A stretch of DNA of 64,000 nt from an uncultured Candidatus Saccharibacteria bacterium (GTDB taxonomy: Bacteria; Patescibacteriota; Minisyncoccia; Phycocordibacterales; Zambryskibacteraceae). The position numbers were made by a program, and so were the translations under genes. Each line of letters begins with the position of its first letter. Position 1 is the first letter of the stretch. The stretch spans positions 9,783-73,782 of the forward strand of contig CAZUDK010000003.1 of the NCBI GenBank assembly GCA_964618905.1, written 5' to 3'. Of this stretch, positions 1 to 8,420 are shown piece by piece. Below the pieces are notes generated by a model, which worked only from the letters and a program-made list of their open reading frames with translations, was not told the origin of the DNA and made no database searches.

Positions 1-670
1 GGATCAGCTGGTAGACAGAATAGTTGCTGCCCAATCTCATACAGACGCTTCTGTCATCAGAAAAGGTGTGCGAACTCAGACTGGCTCTTGGCGCGATGAT
101 GTCTTTAAAAATATTCGTGATGCTCTCGACGATCTCTCTCGTACACCTATATTCATAGACGACCAGCCGGGCAATACTATTCTTAAGATGCGATCTGCGG
201 CCAGAAAGCTCAAGATCGAGAAAGGCCTTAAACTGCTCATAGTCGATTATCTTCAGCTCATGGCTCCAACCAATACCAAAGCCTCGGACTCTATGACCCA
301 GCAGGTTACTGAAATCTCTCGCTCGCTCAAGCACTTGGCGCGCGAGCTCGATATACCTGTGGTGGCTCTCTCCCAACTATCTCGTGCAGTTGAGACTCGA
401 GGTGGCAAACCTAAGCTTTCAGACCTCAGAGATTCAGGTTCTATCGAGCAGGATGCGGACTTGGTGATGTTCATACATGCCGATCAGGAAGACTTGCGTG
501 ATGAATCAGGCAAGATGAAAGAAATTCAGAGAAAGGAACTTATCATCGCTAAGCACAGGAACGGTCCTCTCGGTTCAGCCATTTTGGACTATCATACCCG
601 CTTCAATACTTTCGTGGAGATAGACTACTCAAACTACGGCAAAGCAGAGGAAGAGTTCAGTAGCTTCTAA
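1..670 (+). CDS. dnaB: replicative DNA helicase DnaB, C-terminal RecA-like domain (5' end lies outside the window)
   Basis: The frame is open from nt 2. Motifs LIVDYLQLM, SQLSRAVE..R..KP.LSDLRDSGSIEQDADLVMF and IDDQP are typical of DnaB Walker B, H3 and H4 regions. Confidence 0.85.
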   Translation, partial: DQLVDRIVAAQSHTDASVIRKGVRTQTGSWRDDVFKNIRDALDDLSRTPIFIDDQPGNTILKMRSAARKLKIEKGLKLLIVDYLQLMAPTNTKASDSMTQQVTEISRSLKHLARELDIPVVALSQLSRAVETRGGKPKLSDLRDSGSIEQDADLVMFIHADQEDLRDESGKMKEIQRKELIIAKHRNGPLGSAILDYHTRFNTFVEIDYSNYGKAEEEFSSF

Positions 671-745
671 TTATTGACTTAGGAGTTATTTTGTGTTTGA
701 ATCAAACTAGAAGTTCGATATTCCACTACGTGCCGGAGAGAACAG

Positions 746-1039
746 ATGCTCAAAGACCTTAAGGTTGGACAAAGAATCGTTCGGGTTATTCCTCCGAAAT
801 ACTCCGAAATTGACGGAAAGGAAATCTTCCCAGAAGCAAGACAGCTTGGGAAGATAAAGGAAGTCGAAGGAGATCGAGTCATGGCGGTTTTTGTTGGTCC
901 GGACGGCGCGACAGCACCAGGCTGGTTTTATATTGAAACTGGCGAAAGTGAAGTCGACCACTGGTCAGACCACATAACCTTGCCAAAAGAAGGTGAGGTG
1001 TTCCATGAATCGGCTGAGAACTATTTCAGATTTCTTTAG
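746..1039 (+). CDS. hypothetical 97-aa protein
   Basis: Intact ORF between dnaB and recR, followed by a hairpin terminator. No recognisable motif. Confidence 0.4.
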   Translation: MLKDLKVGQRIVRVIPPKYSEIDGKEIFPEARQLGKIKEVEGDRVMAVFVGPDGATAPGWFYIETGESEVDHWSDHITLPKEGEVFHESAENYFRFL

Positions 1040-1044
1040 CCATT

Positions 1045-1099
1045 CCCCGCCCTGAGTCCGGACAAACCCGTCCTACAGTTCAAGGGCGGGTTTTCATTT
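1045..1099 (+). terminator. rho-independent terminator (cccgccct ... agggcggg followed by ttttcattt)
   Basis: GC-rich inverted repeat followed by a T-run directly after the 97-aa ORF. Confidence 0.5.
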
Positions 1100-1115
1100 G
1101 TGTTAAAATAGCTCA

Positions 1116-1724
1116 ATGAATTCCATAGACCGTCTTTCTGAAATCTTCGCTAAATTCCCCGGTATCGGCCCGCGCCAGGCCAAGCGCTTTGTGTATTATC
1201 TCCTATCCAAGAATCACGGCTCCACTGAAGAGCTTGTGCGGGCCATACAGGACCTAAAGCGTGAGATAGTACAGTGTCCTGATTGCATGCGGTATTTCGC
1301 AAAGAATGGACATGACAGCAAACTCTGTTCTGTATGTTCTGATGCAGAGAGAGATGCGTCTATGCTTATGATTATTCCTCGGGATATAGACTTTGAAGCA
1401 GTGGAGAAAAGCGGCAGCTTTAAAGGTTATTACTTTGTTCTTGGCGGTTCGGTGCCTATTCTTGAAAAGGAGCCGGAGAAGCGCATAAGGCTCTCAGAAC
1501 TCAAGAAGATTTTAGAAAAAAGAAAGGAAGCAGGCCTGGAAGAAGTGGTACTTGCTATGAATGCCAATGCCGAGGGTGAGAACACGGCTTTCCTTTTGAA
1601 AGATATATTCAAGGACCAGCCGCTTGCCTTCTCTGTGCTTGGCCGAGGCTTATCGACCGGCACTGAACTCGAATATGCCGACCCGGAGACGCTCAAGAGT
1701 GCTTTCTTGCATAGGACAAATTAA
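1116..1724 (+). CDS. recR: recombination protein RecR
   Basis: N-terminal HhH (FPGIGPRQAKRFVYYLL), C4 zinc finger (CPDC...CSVC), a Toprim-like core and a C-terminal LEYADPETL motif. Confidence 0.9.
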   Translation: MNSIDRLSEIFAKFPGIGPRQAKRFVYYLLSKNHGSTEELVRAIQDLKREIVQCPDCMRYFAKNGHDSKLCSVCSDAERDASMLMIIPRDIDFEAVEKSGSFKGYYFVLGGSVPILEKEPEKRIRLSELKKILEKRKEAGLEEVVLAMNANAEGENTAFLLKDIFKDQPLAFSVLGRGLSTGTELEYADPETLKSAFLHRTN

Positions 1725-1750
1725 AAACTCCGGCGAGTGCCGGAGTTTTT
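1723..1750. terminator. bidirectional hairpin terminator (aaaaa ctccggc gagt gccggag ttttt)
   Basis: Perfect 7-bp stem flanked by an A-run and a T-run, between convergent recR and rplU. Confidence 0.55.
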
Positions 1751-1758
1751 AATTTAAT

Positions 1759-2178
1759 TTATTTTATTGAATCAATGGTTATTTCAAAGTAAGGCTGGCG
1801 GTGGCCGTAGCGCTTGAAGTACCGGGACTTCGGCTTGTATTTAATCACCTCAATTTTCTTTGCTTTGCCGATCTTCTTTAAAGTAGCGCTCACTGATGCT
1901 CCCTTGATGAAAGGAGTGCCGAGAGTAATATTGTCTTTGTCGCCTGTAAGCAGGACGTCTGTGAATATCAGCTTATCGCCTTCTTTATACTCCTCTCTGC
2001 CGGCACCTTTTACCTCTCCGAGAATTTTCTCGATCTTGATAGTATCTCCTTCCCTTACCAAATACTGCTTGCCGCCTGTAGCAAATACGGAGAATTTGTC
2101 AGCCTCTTTTCGAGCAGCTTTTGCGGGCGATTTCTTGGTTTCTGGAGCCTTTTTCTTTTCTGCTGTAGCTTCTGTCAT
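1759..2178 (-). CDS. rplU: 50S ribosomal protein L21 with a Lys/Ala-rich N-terminal extension
   Basis: FATGGKQYLVREGD ... GHRQPYFEITI matches the L21 core. About 30 extra N-terminal residues (KKKAPETKKSPAKAARK). Confidence 0.85.
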   Translation of the reverse strand: MTEATAEKKKAPETKKSPAKAARKEADKFSVFATGGKQYLVREGDTIKIEKILGEVKGAGREEYKEGDKLIFTDVLLTGDKDNITLGTPFIKGASVSATLKKIGKAKKIEVIKYKPKSRYFKRYGHRQPYFEITIDSIK

Positions 2179-2204
2179 AGGTCATATATTCTACATATTT
2201 AGCT

Positions 2205-2242
2205 CTAAAAGGCAAGAACCGCCGCTCCTAGTGGAGCGGCGG
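2205..2242 (-). terminator. hairpin terminator (ccgccgctcc tagt ggagcggcgg) acting on the minus strand
   Basis: 10-bp GC stem overlapping the last codons of the 2228-2545 ORF. On the minus strand it is followed by a T-rich run (ttcttgcctttt). Confidence 0.4.
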
Positions 2243-2545
2243 GTATGGCATGAACGGGTATGATTCAGCTTCTCCAGGCTTGGGAGGCATGCAGGCGGAG
2301 CAGACCTCAAGTCCGCACCTCTCGCACCAGGTCACTCTTTCCATAGGCTTTTTGCACTTGTTACAAATAAGATCTGCTGTCACATCCTGGTCTATTTTGG
2401 AGAAATCTGCATTGCAGATGTCGAGCAGAAATGTGTAGCGGATTTCGTGCTCTGTTTGTTCTCCCTCTCTAGGAGGATCCAGAGTGAGTTTGAGAAGCAG
2501 CTCTTTCAGGTGCTTGCGGTTGCGGATGATGAGTTTGTTAGCCAT
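2228..2545 (-). CDS. hypothetical zinc-ribbon protein (105 aa)
   Basis: CxxC-x7-CxxC-x4-CxxC cluster (CNKCKK...CERCGLEVCSAC). Moderately GC-rich. Sits upstream of rplU. Confidence 0.4.
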   Translation of the reverse strand: MANKLIIRNRKHLKELLLKLTLDPPREGEQTEHEIRYTFLLDICNADFSKIDQDVTADLICNKCKKPMERVTWCERCGLEVCSACMPPKPGEAESYPFMPYPPLH

Positions 2546-2600
2546 AACTCCTCCTAAGTAAGAGAATCCGCTTTAGTTTCTTCAGTCTTGCGATAGCCTA

Positions 2601-3674
2601 CTATTCGAGCGATGGCTTGTCCAGAGAGAGCGGCTCGAGGCCGATGCTTTTATCTGTTATGCGCAGTATGTCTTTGTCGATTTTCTTGAATTCCTTTCCA
2701 GAAGTATTGTAGTGGTTAATGACAGTCCCAAGCGCTTTGCCAAGTTTGTTGTGGTATTCGCCGTAGGATGCTAGGTGCTTCTGGAGTTCTCCAATGTTTT
2801 TTATTATATCCTTGGCTTCTTCTTGTATCTTTGCCCGCTTATTGCCGAAAAGTATTGTCTGCAGATATGCAAGGAAAGTGGTCGGCGAAGCGATAATGAC
2901 GTTTTTCTGCTGGTAGGCATATGTAATCAAGTCCTGCGAGTTTATGCCCACTCCCACATCATTATTAAGCAGGTCGTAGTAGATGCCTTCGGCTGGTATA
3001 AACATGAAAGCGTAAGGCAAAGTCCCCTCTTCTATCCTTATGTATTTTGATGTTTCGTCGATCCTTTTCTTTACATCATTCCTGAAATCCTTGCGGTAAG
3101 ACTCGCGGCGCTCATCGTCTGTCTCATCCATAAGGCGCATGTAGTTTTCCAAAGGAAATTTGGCATCTACAGGTACAATTCCATCTGGGGTTTTAATGGC
3201 GAAGTCTACTTTCTCGCCATCTTTAAAAGCATATTGAAATTCATACTGGCCGGGCAGGACGTTTGAAAGTATTAGTTCAAGGGAAGCCTCTCCTAGGTTG
3301 CCTCGCTGCTTCTGGTTCTTTAAGACTTTTTCCAGATTTCTTAGCTGCTCTGCAATTATGAATACTTGTTTTGTGGACTCCTTGGTTTCGCTTACGCCTT
3401 TGATCACTTCTATGAGCTGATCGGAGATCTGCTTGGTAATAGCTGTCATAAGCTTTTGAGCTTGGCCGGATTGGGAGTTCATGAAATCGTGCATGGTCTT
3501 GTTCCCTTCTCCAAGCTTGTGGTCAAGAGTTCTGGAAAGATCATTAAACTGCTGCAGAAGCAAGTTGAATCCTTCTCCGCCCTCCTTTTTCTCTGCCGTC
3601 TTCTTCCAGAAGAGGTAGAGAACCCCAGTATTGGCAAGGAGGAGTATAAGCACTATCCAGAGCAAATTATCCAT
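2601..3674 (-). CDS. rmuC: DNA recombination protein RmuC family (N-terminal TM anchor)
   Basis: Long coiled-coil N-half. The C-half carries DAKFPLENY, YAFMFIPAEG and VIIASPTTFLAYL. The start was taken at MDNLL (3674) to avoid overlapping the divergent yqeY; an alternative start is at 3701. Confidence 0.8.
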   Translation of the reverse strand: MDNLLWIVLILLLANTGVLYLFWKKTAEKKEGGEGFNLLLQQFNDLSRTLDHKLGEGNKTMHDFMNSQSGQAQKLMTAITKQISDQLIEVIKGVSETKESTKQVFIIAEQLRNLEKVLKNQKQRGNLGEASLELILSNVLPGQYEFQYAFKDGEKVDFAIKTPDGIVPVDAKFPLENYMRLMDETDDERRESYRKDFRNDVKKRIDETSKYIRIEEGTLPYAFMFIPAEGIYYDLLNNDVGVGINSQDLITYAYQQKNVIIASPTTFLAYLQTILFGNKRAKIQEEAKDIIKNIGELQKHLASYGEYHNKLGKALGTVINHYNTSGKEFKKIDKDILRITDKSIGLEPLSLDKPSLE

Positions 3675-3694
3675 GCCTGTATTATAATGGATAT

Positions 3695-4150
3695 ATGTCA
3701 CTACACCAAGATATTCGCGAGGAGCTCAAAGAAGCCATGAAGGCCAAGGATACTGTGAAGCTTTCCGTCATCCGCGGTCTTCTTTCAGCCTTTACCAATG
3801 AAGCTGTAGCCAAGGGCAAGAAGCCTGATGAAGAGCTTTCTGACGATGACGTATTAACTGTCATTCGCAGGCAGACCAAGCAAAGAAAAGATTCCATAGA
3901 GCAGTTCGAGAAAGGCGGCAGACCGGAGCTTTCAGAGGATGAGAAGGCTGAGCTGGCAATACTTGAAAGCTATCTGCCGGCAATGATGCCTGAAGAGGAA
4001 GTCAAAGCCTTTGTAGAAAAGAAGAAGGCAGAACTTGGCATTACAGACAAGTCAGGCGCAGGGCAGCTTACAGGCGCTGTAATGAAGGATCTGAAGGGAA
4101 AGGCAGATGGTGCTGTAGTTAAGCAGGCTGTGGACAGTCTTCTTAGCTGA
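3695..4150 (+). CDS. yqeY: GatB/YqeY domain protein
   Basis: IREELKEAMKAKD..LSVIRGLLSAF ... IRRQTKQRKDSIEQF..GGRPEL ... ESYLP fits the YqeY family. Confidence 0.8.
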   Translation: MSLHQDIREELKEAMKAKDTVKLSVIRGLLSAFTNEAVAKGKKPDEELSDDDVLTVIRRQTKQRKDSIEQFEKGGRPELSEDEKAELAILESYLPAMMPEEEVKAFVEKKKAELGITDKSGAGQLTGAVMKDLKGKADGAVVKQAVDSLLS

Positions 4151-4152
4151 GC

Positions 4153-4179
4153 TTGACTATATAGTAATTTTGTGATAAT
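4153..4179 (+). promoter_or_regulatory. sigma70-like promoter (TTGACT, 15-nt spacer, TGtGATAAT extended -10) followed by an AAGGAGG SD at 4213-4219
   Basis: Near-consensus -35 and an extended -10 lie 45 nt upstream of the 4224 ATG. Confidence 0.35.
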
Positions 4180-4223
4180 CTAGAAGTAGAGACCGATGCA
4201 GCTTTCTCTTTCAAGGAGGATGT

Positions 4224-4532
4224 ATGCCGGTTAAGGTTCGTGAAGATCTGGAGGAGCTGGTTGAGCGCCTGGCGAGAGAGTTCGATAGGCGTCGCCAGTC
4301 CAATACTGGCGAAGACAGGTCAAAGGCTCTGCAGGTAATTCTCAGTTCGTCTGAGGAATACCTGCATGGCACTCCCGAGTTCCGAGAGGAACTCGCTGGG
4401 CTGGTCTACGATCGCCAGATAGAGTTGTTCTGCGAACGCTTTTGCGCCCGAGGGCACGAAGCTGCAGACATTCGACCGACCGTGAAGTATAACGGTTGGC
4501 TGGATGAATTCGAAAATCGCAGAGCAAGTTAA
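4224..4532 (+). CDS. hypothetical 102-aa protein in a GC-rich cassette
   Basis: Own promoter, strong SD and a hairpin terminator. About 55% GC versus about 42% in the flanks. No recognisable domain. Confidence 0.45.
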   Translation: MPVKVREDLEELVERLAREFDRRRQSNTGEDRSKALQVILSSSEEYLHGTPEFREELAGLVYDRQIELFCERFCARGHEAADIRPTVKYNGWLDEFENRRAS

Positions 4533-4552
4533 CTCTGCGGGGTCTGTTGTGA

Positions 4553-4580
4553 GAGGGGTCATATACGACCCCTCTTTTTA
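4553..4580 (+). terminator. rho-independent terminator (gaggggtc atatac gacccctc ttttta)
   Basis: Perfect 8-bp stem plus a T-run. Confidence 0.6.
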
Positions 4581-4656
4581 TTATTGACCCGAAAATTTTT
4601 ATATTCTATTCTTGGCTTTAGAATCCGCTCACATAATGAACCTAAAGGAGGCTGCT

Positions 4657-5241
4657 ATGACCAAGGAAGATTTGGCCGTCCTCCGCTCGGTTCCAAAATC
4701 GAGGAGGATCTATCTCCGAGGATTTATCAAGGAGAAGTCTGCCGACAAATTCATTGATAATTTCAATGAGTTGGCCAGAAGTCCGAAACCCATCCGGCTG
4801 GTGGTCTACTCTCCAGGAGGAGAAACGGACGCTGCTATCTGCATCTATAATGCGGTTAAGCAAGCCCGAGGGCCTGTATTCGGAGTGGTTGGTAAGAAAG
4901 CGTCTTCCGGTGCTCTGATGATCCTTCAGGCATGCACAGTAAGGTTGGCGCGGGTAAATGCCAGCTTCAATATTCATCCGAACTTTTATGCAGTTCATGT
5001 CAAAATTTGGGCTGGCATGAATCGGGAAGAGAGAGTTCAGCAGTTCCGAGATACAATGGAGATATATGAGCCGGCCTTGATGGATGAGTGGATTGATTCT
5101 GTCTACCCCATCTATAAACGCATCGAAGAGAAAGGCAAATCGCAAGAGGAGTTCATGAAGTTCATCTCGAAAGATCCGGTCCTCTCTCCCAAGAAAGCTC
5201 TGGAGTGGGGGCTCATCGACGACATCATCGGTAAAAGCTGA
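4657..5241 (+). CDS. ClpP-family (S14, crotonase-fold) serine peptidase homolog, stand-alone
   Basis: VVYSPGGETDAAICIYNAV, GKKASSGALMIL (Ser), FNIHPNF (His) and a C-terminal LSPKKALEWGLIDDI. The start was chosen at 4657 because of the AAAGGAGG SD at 4643-4650. Confidence 0.6.
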   Translation: MTKEDLAVLRSVPKSRRIYLRGFIKEKSADKFIDNFNELARSPKPIRLVVYSPGGETDAAICIYNAVKQARGPVFGVVGKKASSGALMILQACTVRLARVNASFNIHPNFYAVHVKIWAGMNREERVQQFRDTMEIYEPALMDEWIDSVYPIYKRIEEKGKSQEEFMKFISKDPVLSPKKALEWGLIDDIIGKS

Positions 5242-5257
5242 TGAAGGAGTTGTATAA

Positions 5258-5295
5258 AGCTCCGGATCCATTTTGGATTCGGGGCTTTTTTATTT
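5258..5295 (+). terminator. hairpin plus T-run terminator after the ClpP-like gene
   Basis: agctccggatcc attttg gattcggggct followed by tttttatttg. Confidence 0.5.
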
Positions 5296-5499
5296 GCAAA
5301 ATATAAATATTTTACTCGAGAGCGACGGAGCCTATTTCACTCCCCTTGCCGCGATTGAAAGAGGAATTATCTTTGTACGTTTGGCAGATGTAGGGAGTTT
5401 TCCAAGCTATTAAAGCAAGAAAGATTCCCTACCTCATCTTGCTTTTAGTGAAAAGATGAGAATTATCAGTTAAACATTATAAGTTAATCATATAATAAT

Positions 5500-7140
5500 A
5501 TGAGCAGAATAATTGAAAGGCATCAGAGTTTGCCAAAGAATTTGAAAAAAATGATTGGCTATGCAGCTTTTGTTGCCCTCATACTCCAGCTTTTCATATC
5601 TGGAATTTCAGGCAGCAATACTGCTAATGCTCAAACCTCCGATGCATCTCTTACCGTTACTAAAATAGTAAACGGCGGAAGTTTGGGTGTTGGAGATTTC
5701 GATCTCTTCGTTAACTCCACTGCCGTTACCAGCGGTATACCACTGGTATTCTCTTCCTCAACCATTCCTACAGCACCTCTGACCGTGTCTGAAACCCCAG
5801 TTGCTGGGTATACAGCTACGTTCTCTGGAGACTGTGATGCATCCGGTATGGTTACTCTCTCATCTGGAGTTGATGCGCAATGTATCATAACTAATACATT
5901 TGCTTCGACGACAGGACCTTCTGTAGACATTGATATCAATGGCTCAGACGGACCTGTAACTATCACAGATGGAGACGACTGGAACTACAGTTGGACATCA
6001 AGCGGTGCTACAGCCTGTGAGATTACTTCTCCGACAGGTACTTCCGGAGTATCTCTCTCCGGAAGCGGCGGACCGATAACACCGAGCCATGCTTGGTATC
6101 CTTCCGTGGGTAGCCCTACGACTTTGACTCTTGATTGTACGGACGGTACATCTAGTGTGTCTGACTCCGTAACGATCAATGTAGTCAGTGCTACTACCTC
6201 CGATGCATCTCTTACCGTTACTAAAATAGTAAACGGCGGAAGTTTGGGTGTTGGAGATTTCGATCTCTTCGTTAACTCCACTGCCGTTACCAGCGGTATA
6301 CCACTGGTATTCTCTTCCTCAACCATTCCTACAGCACCTCTGACCGTGTCTGAAACCCCAGTTGCTGGGTATACAGCTACGTTCTCTGGAGACTGTGATG
6401 CATCCGGTATGGTTACTCTCTCATCTGGAGTTGATGCGCAATGTATCATAACTAATACATTTGCTTCGACGACAGCTACAACTACTTCTCTTACAGTTAC
6501 TAAAGTGGTAAACGGCGGAAGTAGAGTAGTAAGCGACTTCCCACTCTTCGTTAATGGTATGCCTATAACAAGTGGTGTTGCTACGACTACTCTTGCTGCT
6601 GGAACATACTTTATATCTGAGCAAAGCAACTCAAACTACAGTGCTGCTTTCTCAGGCGACTGTGCAGCAAATGGTTCAGTTACCATTGCAGTAGGAGTGC
6701 CTGCTAACTGTGTTCTAACAAACACCTTTACTGGGACCACTACTGTAGTTGTTCCAGGTAACGTTAATGTTCCGGATGTGAATGTAAATGTTGAGAGCGG
6801 TGATGTTAATGCTGGGGATGTGAACACAGGAGATGTGAATGTTGATCTTGGAGGTGGAGCATTCCCTGTTGCCTTCCCAACCACTGTTGCTGTTCCTGGC
6901 CAAGTCTTGGGTGCAAGATCTGTAATACCTACATATATTGTACCTTCAAGCGGTCAAGTTTTAGGTGCTCAGTCTTATGTACCGGGCCTACCTTCAACTG
7001 GAGCAGAACCTCTAAGCGAGAAATTGCCTGAAATCAGCCTGATGGTTTTTGCTGGATTTCTAGCATTACTCGGTGCCAGTCTTATATTAGCTCCGAATCC
7101 GCGCTTACAATCTTCAGATAAGATTGGAGATGAGCAATAA
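5500..7140 (+). CDS. LPxTG-anchored cell-surface protein with tandem prealbumin/Cna-B-like fold repeats
   Basis: N-terminal signal/TM. Three copies of a TVTKxVNGG..DF.LFVN ... GDC.A.G..T...G....C..TNTF module, two of them 100% identical. GDVN mini-repeats. C-terminal LPSTG, a hydrophobic helix and a short tail. Confidence 0.7.
   Translation: MSRIIERHQSLPKNLKKMIGYAAFVALILQLFISGISGSNTANAQTSDASLTVTKIVNGGSLGVGDFDLFVNSTAVTSGIPLVFSSSTIPTAPLTVSETPVAGYTATFSGDCDASGMVTLSSGVDAQCIITNTFASTTGPSVDIDINGSDGPVTITDGDDWNYSWTSSGATACEITSPTGTSGVSLSGSGGPITPSHAWYPSVGSPTTLTLDCTDGTSSVSDSVTINVVSATTSDASLTVTKIVNGGSLGVGDFDLFVNSTAVTSGIPLVFSSSTIPTAPLTVSETPVAGYTATFSGDCDASGMVTLSSGVDAQCIITNTFASTTATTTSLTVTKVVNGGSRVVSDFPLFVNGMPITSGVATTTLAAGTYFISEQSNSNYSAAFSGDCAANGSVTIAVGVPANCVLTNTFTGTTTVVVPGNVNVPDVNVNVESGDVNAGDVNTGDVNVDLGGGAFPVAFPTTVAVPGQVLGARSVIPTYIVPSSGQVLGAQSYVPGLPSTGAEPLSEKLPEISLMVFAGFLALLGASLILAPNPRLQSSDKIGDEQ
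5635..5913 (+). repeat. 279-bp direct repeat, copy 1 (100% identical to 6196-6474)
   Basis: Exact nucleotide identity read directly from the sequence. The period is 561 bp (187 aa). Confidence 0.95.
6196..6474 (+). repeat. 279-bp direct repeat, copy 2
   Basis: Identical to 5635-5913. Confidence 0.95.
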
Positions 7141-7831
7141 GCTGCCTCATTATACGGATTTCTTGGGCTTCTTTAGAAGAAGCACTTGGAGTAAGTAGCG
7201 CATCTGGTATGTCACTAGCTACAACGGTAGACTGCGTAGTTCCAACGGACTGCGCAGTTTTACCGTTAGGCACAGTTAAATAATTTGCAATCTTTACCGG
7301 ACGGTAAATTGTTGAATTTTGTCTTGAAGCTGAAGTGGGAGATTTTTTACCGAAATAAACAACCACATAAGAAGCCGGTGACCCATTGTAGTATCCAGAA
7401 GTTACCCCAACTCCTACATCTTCATAAGAGCCTTCAAGAATGTTTTCCATGTGCTTTGGTGAAGCCATCCACCTATCTGAAAGTACTTCTGTGTTCTCTA
7501 TACCCATAGCTAGGTTTTCTCCTGCAAGAGTATAGCTATATCCAGCTTGTGAAAGGTTTGGCCATGGAGTGCCAGCTGGAGCAGAGATGTGGTAAATGCG
7601 ACCTTCCTCGGCCAAGAACTGAGAACGGCTCTGAGCTACTTTAGAGAGAGTTGCGTCTACTTTCAAGCTGTTGAGACCTCTCTCCTGCCTCTCTATATTC
7701 ATATTATTAATGATCGTGGGGATATCACCTCTTGTAAGAGTTGGATAAGCTTGAGCGTCTACATTAGCGGGTAAAACTGTTAGTAAGAAAAACGATAAAC
7801 AAAAAATAACAATATTGAACTTCATAAACAT
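7082..7831 (-). CDS. secreted CAP/SCP/PR-1-like (YkwD-type) domain protein with an S/T-rich C-terminal tail
   Basis: Signal peptide. The CAP core carries GLNSLKVDATL, HISAPAG and GENLAMG...RWMASPKHMENIL...VGVG. The 3' end overlaps the convergent surface-protein gene by 59 bp. Confidence 0.7.
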   Translation of the reverse strand: MFMKFNIVIFCLSFFLLTVLPANVDAQAYPTLTRGDIPTIINNMNIERQERGLNSLKVDATLSKVAQSRSQFLAEEGRIYHISAPAGTPWPNLSQAGYSYTLAGENLAMGIENTEVLSDRWMASPKHMENILEGSYEDVGVGVTSGYYNGSPASYVVVYFGKKSPTSASRQNSTIYRPVKIANYLTVPNGKTAQSVGTTQSTVVASDIPDALLTPSASSKEAQEIRIMRQLIAHLQSYLKIVSADSELI

Positions 7832-7939
7832 TTATTAAAAAATAACGCTCAACATTATACATACATGAGCTTGAAATAAAACAAGTCTGATTCATTAGGC
7901 GACTCTTTCTTTTTTATTCAAGCTCAGCAGCTTATATTC

Positions 7940-8197
7940 TCAGCCGTTTTTTAGAAAACCTTCTTCTTTCAAAATCAATATCTTTTTGGCTGCTCCCCTG
8001 TTATAGCCTCCTGTTTTTCCATTTGAGCGTATTACTCTATGACAAGGTATTTTGGGGTCATAGTTCTTATTTAAAATATTTCCTACAGCTCTGTAGGCCT
8101 TCGGCCGGCCAACTTTCTCTGCAACTTCTTTATATGTAAGAGTTTTTCCTTTTGGAATTTGCTTTACAACGGAATAAATCTGGTCTTTGAATGACAT
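7940..8197 (-). CDS. methylated-DNA-[protein]-cysteine S-methyltransferase DNA-binding/catalytic domain protein (MGMT family, single domain)
   Basis: PCHRV active-site motif, plus YKEVAEKVGRPKAYRAVGNILNKN. The start was taken at MSFKDQIY; the ORF track extends it to 8236, into the repeat region. Confidence 0.75.
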   Translation of the reverse strand: MSFKDQIYSVVKQIPKGKTLTYKEVAEKVGRPKAYRAVGNILNKNYDPKIPCHRVIRSNGKTGGYNRGAAKKILILKEEGFLKNG

Positions 8198-8208
8198 AAG
8201 AGTTTTTG

Positions 8209-8227
8209 GTGACCCTACGGGAACTCG
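8209..8227 (-). repeat. partial copy of the tRNA-Glu 3' end (gtgaccctacggg-aactcg)
   Basis: Matches the 3' 19 nt of the tRNA at 8489-8507 with one indel and mismatch. An inverted partner cccgtagggtca lies at 8297-8308. Confidence 0.6.
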
Positions 8228-8320
8228 GAAACCCACGGTTTTCCGAAACCTTCCTCTACGGGAGAGGATTATCCTCTCCCGACCCCTCTCCTCCCCGTAG
8301 GGTCATTTTTCACCTTGTGA

Positions 8321-8343
8321 CCCTACGGGGAATCGGTCACAAA
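8321..8343 (-). repeat. 21-23 bp direct copy of the tRNA-Glu 3' end (ttgtgaccctacggggaatcg)
   Basis: Identical to 8487-8507, 166 bp away. Confidence 0.7.
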
Positions 8344-8420
8344 TAAATTTCCTTCGGAAATTTTTCGCGACCCCGCCTCGGCTACAATTGCTTCGCAATC
8401 GGCTTCGCGCCTCCGTCTTT

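Noticed and set aside
5635-6474. Diversity-generating retroelement (TR/VR pair) as the explanation for the long repeat
   Set aside because: The two copies are 100% identical, with no adenine-specific substitutions, both lie inside the same ORF, and no reverse transcriptase is present in the window.
5631-6903. Multiple antisense ORFs (for example 5985-6629, 214 aa) inside the adhesin gene
   Set aside because: They arise from the low-complexity, duplicated sequence. Their translations are repetitive mirror images with no start context, and the plus-strand gene has coherent domain architecture and a sorting signal.
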